A stretch of DNA of 64,000 nt, taken from assembly GCA_963529235.1 (NCBI GenBank), contig CAURYE010000002.1, positions 76,167 to 140,166 on the forward strand, given 5' to 3'. The translations under genes and the position numbers were made by a program. Positions 58,069-64,000 of the stretch are shown piece by piece. The stretch is from an uncultured Campylobacter sp. (lineage in GTDB: Bacteria; Campylobacterota; Campylobacteria; Campylobacterales; Campylobacteraceae). Numbering within the stretch: the stretch's first letter is position 1; each line of letters starts with the position of its first letter. The notes under the pieces are model-generated. The model searched no databases. It was not told the DNA's origin and saw only the letters and a program-made list of their open reading frames with translations.

Positions 58069-60186
58069 TTACAAAATATCCCTCTGCCCTTTTGCGTTTA
58101 CCGGGCTTAGCACGCCCATTTGCTCCATCTGCTCGATGATCGTAGCTGCGCGGTTGTAGCCGATTTTTAGGCGTCTTTGAAGGTAGCTGATAGAGGTTTT
58201 TTGCTCGCTTAATACGATCTCTTTAGCCTCTTCGTAGAGCTCATCTAGCTCGCCCGCGATAGCAGTACCACCGCCTGCGCCGCCGCTAGAGCCATCCTCA
58301 GCTAGAAACCTCTCGTCATAGACCACCTCTTGCTGCGCTTTTAGGAAATTTACGATCACGTCGATCTCTTTTTCGCTAGCAAAAGGCGCGTGCAGTCTGA
58401 TGACGCCGGGGCTTCCCGGAGGCGTAAATAGCATATCGCCGCGTCCTAGCAAGCTCTCCGCACCCATTTGATCTAGGATTACCTTGCTATCGATGCGCTG
58501 ACCGACGCGGTAGCTGATACGGCTAGGTAAATTTGCCTTGATTAGCCCCGTCACGACGTCCACGCTGGGGCGCTGGGTGGCTACGATGAGATGTATGCCG
58601 CTGGCCCTAGCCATCTGCGCCAGACGCCCGATATATAGCTCCACGTCCTTGCCGCTAGTCATCATCAGATCGGCTAACTCGTCGATGATAACGACGATGT
58701 AGGGAAACTGCTCGCCGCCTTCTTCTTTCATCTTTTCGTTGTAGCTTTCGATGTTTTTCGTGCGCGTGTGGCTCATGATTTTATAGCGGCGCTCCATCTC
58801 GGCGACCATGTTTGATAGCGCCGTGATAGCCTGCTTAGCCTGCGTGATGACGGGCGTTAGCAGATGCGGGATGTCGTTGTAGATGCTAAATTCCAGCATC
58901 TTTGGATCTATCATCATCAGGCGCAGCGTCTGCGGACTGTTGCGATATAGCAGGCTTAGCAGCATCGCGTTTATGCCTACGCTCTTACCCGAGCCCGTCG
59001 TTCCCGCGATTAGCAGGTGAGGCAGCTTTTTTAGATCGGTGATAAAGGGCGCGCCAACGATATCCTTACCTAGCGCGATAGTTAGCGGACTGCTCGAGTT
59101 TTTGAAAACTTCGCTATCTAAAATTTCTTTTAAGTAGATGGTTTCGATATTTTGGTTAGGCACCTCGATGCCTACGACGTCCTTGCCCGGTATGGGCGCT
59201 TGGATGCGGATAGTCTGCGCGCGCAGAGCCATCGCGAGGTCGTCTTGCAGGGTTAAAATTTTACTCACCTTGATATGCGGCGCGGGGCGAAACTCAAACG
59301 TCGTAACGATCGGCCCCGTATAGGTGCGCACGACGTCGCCGTCTATTTTAAATTTACGCAGTTTATCGAGCAGATCGGAGATCTTTTGATCGATTTCGGC
59401 TTCGTTTACACTGTTTGAGCGCCTCGGCGGGTCGGCTAAAAATTTAAGCGGAGGCAACGCAAAATCCTTAGGCTTTTCGACCTTGCCTTTTTCGATTTGT
59501 TCGAGTAGTTTTTTGTTTTCGGCGACTTCGTTTAGTATCTCGACGCCGTTTATAGTAACCGCCCCCGTCTCGTTAGCTTCTAAATTTAACTCGCCTTCAT
59601 CTGATTCATCTGATTCGTCGTCACCGAAATCTTGTGCTTCATCTTCTAAATTTTCATTATTTTCATCGCCTAAATTTGCCTCGTTCGTTGCTTTTTGCTT
59701 TTTGATTCGTTTAGGCTTTTTTTGCGATTTAGGCTTAAGCTCGGCCGCGTTTTCAAATTTATATTCGTTGGCGCTAGGTTCTACAAAGGCCTTTTTTAGG
59801 ATAGCTATGATGTTATCTTGCGCGATGAGGCCAAAGCTAAGCACAAAAAGCATCACGATAAAAACCCACATACCTATCACGCCGATAACGTCTTTTAGCG
59901 CCTCGTTTGCGCTATTTGCTACTAGTCCGCCGTAGATAGCATTTGAGCCTGATTGAAACATCAAAAACGCCAAAAAAAGCAGCGCCGCTCCGAGCGCGGT
60001 TTGGGCGAATTTTACGTCAAAGCCGTCAAAATATTTGTAAATATAATACGCAAAAAATATAAAAACAAACGGATAAACGTAAGCTATAAAACCAAAAAGC
60101 TTGAAGTTCCAAAGCCCGATCGCGTTGCCCAAGCTCCCGACGAAATTTGCCGCAGGCGCTATGGTAGCAATCCCGAAAAATATCAA
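58069..60186 (-). CDS. ftsK: DNA translocase FtsK
   Basis: N-terminal TM helices, an acidic linker, the motor domain with Walker A GTTGSGKS, and the C-terminal gamma winged helix (SISYLQRRLKIGYNRAATIIEQME). The true start is probably upstream (see finding). Confidence 0.93.
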   Translation of the reverse strand: MIFFGIATIAPAANFVGSLGNAIGLWNFKLFGFIAYVYPFVFIFFAYYIYKYFDGFDVKFAQTALGAALLFLAFLMFQSGSNAIYGGLVANSANEALKDVIGVIGMWVFIVMLFVLSFGLIAQDNIIAILKKAFVEPSANEYKFENAAELKPKSQKKPKRIKKQKATNEANLGDENNENLEDEAQDFGDDESDESDEGELNLEANETGAVTINGVEILNEVAENKKLLEQIEKGKVEKPKDFALPPLKFLADPPRRSNSVNEAEIDQKISDLLDKLRKFKIDGDVVRTYTGPIVTTFEFRPAPHIKVSKILTLQDDLAMALRAQTIRIQAPIPGKDVVGIEVPNQNIETIYLKEILDSEVFKNSSSPLTIALGKDIVGAPFITDLKKLPHLLIAGTTGSGKSVGINAMLLSLLYRNSPQTLRLMMIDPKMLEFSIYNDIPHLLTPVITQAKQAITALSNMVAEMERRYKIMSHTRTKNIESYNEKMKEEGGEQFPYIVVIIDELADLMMTSGKDVELYIGRLAQMARASGIHLIVATQRPSVDVVTGLIKANLPSRISYRVGQRIDSKVILDQMGAESLLGRGDMLFTPPGSPGVIRLHAPFASEKEIDVIVNFLKAQQEVVYDERFLAEDGSSGGAGGGTAIAGELDELYEEAKEIVLSEQKTSISYLQRRLKIGYNRAATIIEQMEQMGVLSPVNAKGQRDIL

Positions 60187-60363
60187 AAAACAAACGACTA
60201 TAACTAAAACCGATTCTCTTAAAATGGCGCGTCCTTTAAATTCGGTAAATTTAAATTTACGGGAGGACGAATTACGAAGCCGAATTTATCAAATTCGACC
60301 CCATTTTCGCTCCGCCCGCTTTGATAACGAAACTTTAATAAAACGGTAGATTATAGCGAGTTT

Positions 60364-62613
60364 TTACATATAGTTTAATAACGAAAGCTGGTTTATCTTA
60401 GCAACAGACTGCAACATCGCCTGATACGACATCATTTTTTGCATGAGATTCATATAGGTTTCGCCGTAGTCGGCATTCGTGATATCGGCCTTGACGGTTT
60501 TTACGTTTACTTCCATGACGCTAGCGTGCGTGTTGGTTTGCGTTAGCGTGTTTGTTTGGTTGCCTACTTTAGTATGGATTTTATTTACGTGATCGGCGAT
60601 GTGATCTAGTCTCTCGATCGCGCCTTGGATACCGGAGTTACGCGGATGCTCGCCCTGGCTATCGGCGCGGTACTGACCGCTCCTAACGGCCTCTATCATC
60701 CTATCTAAATCCGCAAAAATATCCACGCTCGGGCTATCTATCTCAACGCCGTTGTTTGCCGAAAAGCTCCACAGCGAACCCTTGCCCTGGGATGTAGCCG
60801 GCGTAGCTCCGGTGCTGTCTCCGGCAAATTTATCGGCATTTACCTCATCGTATATACCTACTTTTATCGGCGTGACGGCGTTTTGCTTATCGGTTACTTT
60901 TATGCGGCCTCTATGATCCATATTTGCTTCGACGCTACCTTGCGAATTTGCGATGGCTTGTTTGTAGGCGACATAATCGGCCGGAGCGCTACCGCCGGCT
61001 CCTGCAGGGACGCTATCGCTAGCGACCATACCGATGATGTCGTTTAGCTGCCTAAAAGTCATATTTTTTGACTGCGTATCTCTACCCTCGGTAGTCGGAG
61101 GATTGGTCGTGTCGTTATAAAAACTATCCCAAACCTTCGTCGCATACGTAGTTCCGTCCGGCCTGGTAATTTTCACCGTAGCATTACCTGAAGCCGTCGG
61201 AGGAGAGCCTGCGCCGAATTTTACGTCTACTTTATAGTTTCCGCCGCTTCTGGATTTTATCTGCATTTTTAGAGTTTGGTCGTTTATGTTGTATTTATCT
61301 CGCTCGCCGTCGTATAAATTTTTAGCTCCGACGACTTGGCTTAGAGTCGTGTTATCGTCGGCGAATTTACCGCTGCCGCGCTCTACTTGCGATACGGTGC
61401 CTACTAGATTTCTGCCTTCTTGCTTTAAATTTATCTTGTCGTAGTCGTAGGCGTTCGTGACGGCGCTGCCTAGGTCTTCGTATTTGCTTTTTACAAATTC
61501 CGTGATTTCATAGTCGTTAGGGTTTGCGCGTACCTTAGCCTCAAGCGAGTTTGCGCCGCTAGTTAGGCTATCGACCGAGTCAAACTCACCTGAGGCGGCG
61601 CTAATGTTAGCAGCCGTTAGATCCTCTGCCTTATTTAGTTTTTTCGTCGCCGCTATCATGTGAAAATCGATAACCTGATTGCCTTTGCTTAGGTCTTTTA
61701 CGTTGATTTGGCCTTGGTTGTTTATCGTTACTTCGACGACTTTATTAGTCGGCGTATTGCCGTATTCGGTGCCGATTTTTTCTAGCAGATCGTTTATCGA
61801 AGCATCCGAAGTCATCTTAAATTTACTCGTAAAGCTCGTACCGTTTGGCTTTTTGCCCTGCAAGAAAAACGTAGTCTTTTGAAACTCTCGCGCGCCGGTG
61901 CCCGTGAAATCTTGATTAGTTAGAGTTTTTTCATCTTTTACGTATTTAAAGCCGATTAGATCGCGCATTTTATGCTCGCTATCGATATAAACAGTCTTGT
62001 TTCTGTCGTCTAAATTTTGTGCTTTTAGCATAGTGTTTGAGGTGATTTTTTTATTATAGTCGCCGTCTTTGCCTAGGAACAGCTCCTGTCCGTTTTGGTT
62101 GTAGGTCAAATTTACCTGGGCTCCGCCTACGGCTTTCATCGCTTGCGCATTGCCGAAATACTCGTTCGTATCGCCGTTTATAGGTTTTGTGTTTATAGCG
62201 CTTCCGGCAAATAAAAACTGCCCGTTTATCGAGGTGTTGGCGATATTTACTAGGTGATTTTTGATACCTTGAAGGTCGTTTGCGATGGCTTCTCGCGAAG
62301 TTTGCGAGTGGATTTCATTGGCGCCTTGAACCAGCTTTGTTTTAAAATTTTCAAGCTGCTGCTTAAATTCGCCCAAAGCTTTGTCGGTGTTTTTTGAAAA
62401 GTGCTGCGCCTTTGACGTTGCCGTTTGCACCTGCTCAAGCGTCGCAACCTCATAATCAAGCCTCATGCCGTCGTTATAAACGCTGCTATCCTCGAAAGAA
62501 TTTTGGATTTTTAGACCGCTTGAAATTTGCGTGTTTAGCTTGTGTAGCGCTTTCATATTTGTCTGATAGTCGTAGTTATTCGTAAATTTCATCAACTGAT
62601 TCGTCATTCTCAT
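60364..62613 (-). CDS. flgL: flagellar hook-filament junction protein FlgL (HAP3)
   Basis: Flagellin-like N-terminus (KLNTQISSGLKIQNSFEDSS) and C-terminus (MMSYQAMLQSVAKINQLSLLNYM), about 750 aa. The ATG at 62613 has an AAGGA SD. The ORF-track TTG at 62637 would fall at the predicted transcription start. Confidence 0.88.
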   Translation of the reverse strand: MRMTNQLMKFTNNYDYQTNMKALHKLNTQISSGLKIQNSFEDSSVYNDGMRLDYEVATLEQVQTATSKAQHFSKNTDKALGEFKQQLENFKTKLVQGANEIHSQTSREAIANDLQGIKNHLVNIANTSINGQFLFAGSAINTKPINGDTNEYFGNAQAMKAVGGAQVNLTYNQNGQELFLGKDGDYNKKITSNTMLKAQNLDDRNKTVYIDSEHKMRDLIGFKYVKDEKTLTNQDFTGTGAREFQKTTFFLQGKKPNGTSFTSKFKMTSDASINDLLEKIGTEYGNTPTNKVVEVTINNQGQINVKDLSKGNQVIDFHMIAATKKLNKAEDLTAANISAASGEFDSVDSLTSGANSLEAKVRANPNDYEITEFVKSKYEDLGSAVTNAYDYDKINLKQEGRNLVGTVSQVERGSGKFADDNTTLSQVVGAKNLYDGERDKYNINDQTLKMQIKSRSGGNYKVDVKFGAGSPPTASGNATVKITRPDGTTYATKVWDSFYNDTTNPPTTEGRDTQSKNMTFRQLNDIIGMVASDSVPAGAGGSAPADYVAYKQAIANSQGSVEANMDHRGRIKVTDKQNAVTPIKVGIYDEVNADKFAGDSTGATPATSQGKGSLWSFSANNGVEIDSPSVDIFADLDRMIEAVRSGQYRADSQGEHPRNSGIQGAIERLDHIADHVNKIHTKVGNQTNTLTQTNTHASVMEVNVKTVKADITNADYGETYMNLMQKMMSYQAMLQSVAKINQLSLLNYM

Positions 62614-62646
62614 CGCGTTTTCCTTAAATTTAATCAAACTCTTGCA

Positions 62647-62662
62647 AGCAAATAAAGTTCCA
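62647..62662 (-). promoter_or_regulatory. sigma-54 type promoter for flgL
   Basis: The minus strand reads TGGAACTTTATTTGCT (GG-N10-GC), 34 nt upstream of the ATG at 62613. Confidence 0.55.
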
Positions 62663-62668
62663 CTCGCT

Positions 62669-62695
62669 ATATCGTCAAATTTCGGAATTTATTTA
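62669..62695 (-). promoter_or_regulatory. possible sigma-28 type promoter upstream of the flgL sigma-54 promoter
   Basis: The minus strand reads TAAA-N17-CGATAT, the same spacing as in the enterobacterial TAAAGTTT-N11-GCCGATAA consensus. Confidence 0.3.
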
Positions 62696-62732
62696 GTTTT
62701 AGATATGATTTTGCCAAATTTAAGGAGCATAA

Positions 62733-63470
62733 ATGAAAATACTCTTTTCGCCTAGCGAAGCCAAAACCGCCGCGAGTTCAAACAAATTTATAGATAGAGG
62801 CGACTTTATTTTTCCGAATTTATACGAAAAGCGGTGCGAAATTTTAAAAATTTACGATGATTTTTTACAAAAGGCTACCGTTGAAAAAATCTCAAAACTT
62901 TTTGGCGTAAAAAATTTGACCGACGAGCCGAGCTTGCGCGAAAGCCTCTTTAAAAAAGGGGCGATAAAAGCCGTCTTGCGCTATGACGGAGTAGCCTACA
63001 AGCACCTTGACTACCGCAGCCTTGATAGCGCGGCGCAGGAGTTTATAGATAAAAATACGCTGATTTTTTCAAATTTATTCGGCCCGGTACTTGCCGCAGA
63101 CGCCCTGCCAGAATACAAACTAAAGCAAGGCGAGCGCATAGACGGGTTAAATTTGGAGGAGTTTTATAGGCAAAATTTTAGCAGCGAGATAGATGAGTGG
63201 CTAGGAGATGACGATATTTTAGACCTTAGAGCCGAATTTTACGAGAAATTTTACCGTATACAAAAGCCGTTTGCGACCTTTAAATTTCTAAAAAACGGTA
63301 AAGTCGTCAGCCACTATGCCAAAGCTTACCGCGGGATAGTTTTAAGACAAGTAGCGAAAAACGGAGTAAAAAATTTTGACGAGCTTTGTAAAATGGACAT
63401 AGAAAATTTACGCCTCATAGACGTTAAAAAAACTGGACCAAAAAGCGAATTTTTGGTGCAAATCGTCTAA
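62733..63470 (+). CDS. yaaA: YaaA-family (UPF0246/DUF328) peroxide-stress protein
   Basis: N-terminal MKILFSPSEAK and C-terminal HYAKAYRGIVLRQV resemble YaaA family blocks. 245 aa. Confidence 0.78.
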   Translation: MKILFSPSEAKTAASSNKFIDRGDFIFPNLYEKRCEILKIYDDFLQKATVEKISKLFGVKNLTDEPSLRESLFKKGAIKAVLRYDGVAYKHLDYRSLDSAAQEFIDKNTLIFSNLFGPVLAADALPEYKLKQGERIDGLNLEEFYRQNFSSEIDEWLGDDDILDLRAEFYEKFYRIQKPFATFKFLKNGKVVSHYAKAYRGIVLRQVAKNGVKNFDELCKMDIENLRLIDVKKTGPKSEFLVQIV

Positions 63471-63591
63471 AATTCGTCGGTTTTTGCCGAATTTACGTAA
63501 AAATCGTTAAATTTTCGGCTAAAAACTATTGTATTTTTTAGAAAAACGTTGTAAAATGCGCGCATACCACTTCATTATTAAGGATTATTCC

Positions 63592-63894
63592 ATGAAAAAA
63601 GCTGATTTCATTCAAGCTGTCGCCGATAAGGCCGGTCTTTCTAAAAAAGATTCTCTAAAGGCGGTTGATGCTGCGCTAGAAACCATTGAAGAGGTTCTTA
63701 AAAACGGCGATAGCATTAGCTTCATAGGCTTTGGTACGTTCGGTACTGCAGAAAGAGCCGCTAGAAAAGCTAGAGTGCCTGGAACGGACAGAACCATCGA
63801 TGTTCCTGCTAGCAAAGCGGTTAAATTTAAAGTCGGCAAAAAACTAAAAGAAGCCGTCGTAGCAGGCGCAGGCAAAAAAGCTAAAAAGAAATAA
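63592..63894 (+). CDS. hup: HU-family DNA-binding protein with short Lys-rich tail
   Basis: MKKADFIQAVADKAGLSKKDSLKAVDAALETI ... GFGTFGTAERAARKARVPGT. The ATG at 63592 has an AAGGA SD. The upstream ORF-track extension was rejected. Confidence 0.93.
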   Translation: MKKADFIQAVADKAGLSKKDSLKAVDAALETIEEVLKNGDSISFIGFGTFGTAERAARKARVPGTDRTIDVPASKAVKFKVGKKLKEAVVAGAGKKAKKK

Positions 63895-63904
63895 TTTCTT
63901 TTTT

Positions 63905-63940
63905 ATGGAAGCTTAAATTTGAGCTTCCATATTTTTTAAT
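63905..63940 (+). terminator. rho-independent terminator after the HU gene
   Basis: 9-bp stem ATGGAAGCT (63905-63913) / AGCTTCCAT (63922-63930) followed by ATTTTTT. Confidence 0.75.
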
Positions 63941-63981
63941 CTCTTTTTTATATCTTTCAAGGTAAAATCTCAGCTTTCTTA

Positions 63982-64000
63982 GCCCGAGTGGTGAAACTGG
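63982..64000 (+). tRNA. 5' end of a tRNA (probably tRNA-Leu), truncated by the window edge
   Basis: GCCCGAGTGGTGAAACTGG matches the acceptor stem plus D-arm beginning of long-arm (Leu-type) tRNAs as I remember them. Only 19 nt are visible. Confidence 0.4.

Overview
This 64-kb chromosomal window reads like a non-jejuni Campylobacter (Epsilonproteobacteria). That assignment is an inference from protein families, frequent TTG/GTG starts, TTGGAAC-type sigma-54 promoters, and gene neighbourhoods I remember from C. jejuni: mtaB-like/mscS-like/aroB/hypothetical divergent from tgt; fliP ... glmU-coaBC-hypothetical-uppS; ftsK-flgL; periplasmic cytochrome c plus TorA-like reductase. About 52 tightly packed protein genes are present. 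They fall into these groups: respiration (Tat-exported TMAO/DMSO-reductase-family molybdoenzyme plus monohaem cytochrome c, MogA, DyP peroxidase); chemotaxis and flagella (dCache MCP, motA-motB-fliP, flgL); two tripartite efflux systems (MacA-MacB-OMF and OMF-MFP-RND); iron uptake (TonB-dependent receptor with a PepSY-TM protein, and a second PepSY-TM protein); two two-component systems; housekeeping genes (ribB-type, aroB, tgt, glmU, coaBC, uppS, truA, ftsK, HU, lptF/G-like, prepilin peptidase); and two ankyrin-repeat proteins. I found no CRISPR array, IS element, transposase, integrase, phage gene or rRNA. The first 19 nt of a probable tRNA-Leu sit at the right edge. The observations most worth a second look are as follows. 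(1) Three tandem copies of a ~118-nt module abut the Shine-Dalgarno of the molybdoenzyme gene, and one hairpin shows compensatory base changes between copies, so this is a candidate unclassified tandem cis-regulatory RNA. (2) The palindromic hexamer AAATTT is extremely over-represented in intergenic DNA and is also dense in lineage-specific in-frame insertions, namely a TruA insertion and the C-terminal extension of the RND adaptor. (3) A secreted 88-aa protein that is 27% Met in its mature part, built from five 21-nt tandem repeats, is translationally coupled to an OmpR/HK pair and preceded by an 11-bp-phased direct repeat. (4) A C9 homopolymer lies upstream of the DUF2314-ankyrin gene. (5) A DUF3137-like gene is split at an A6 tract. 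(6) An FtsH paralogue lacks the HEXXH zinc site. (7) ftsK has a probable non-canonical start. All functional calls come from motif and family recognition by eye; no searches were run.
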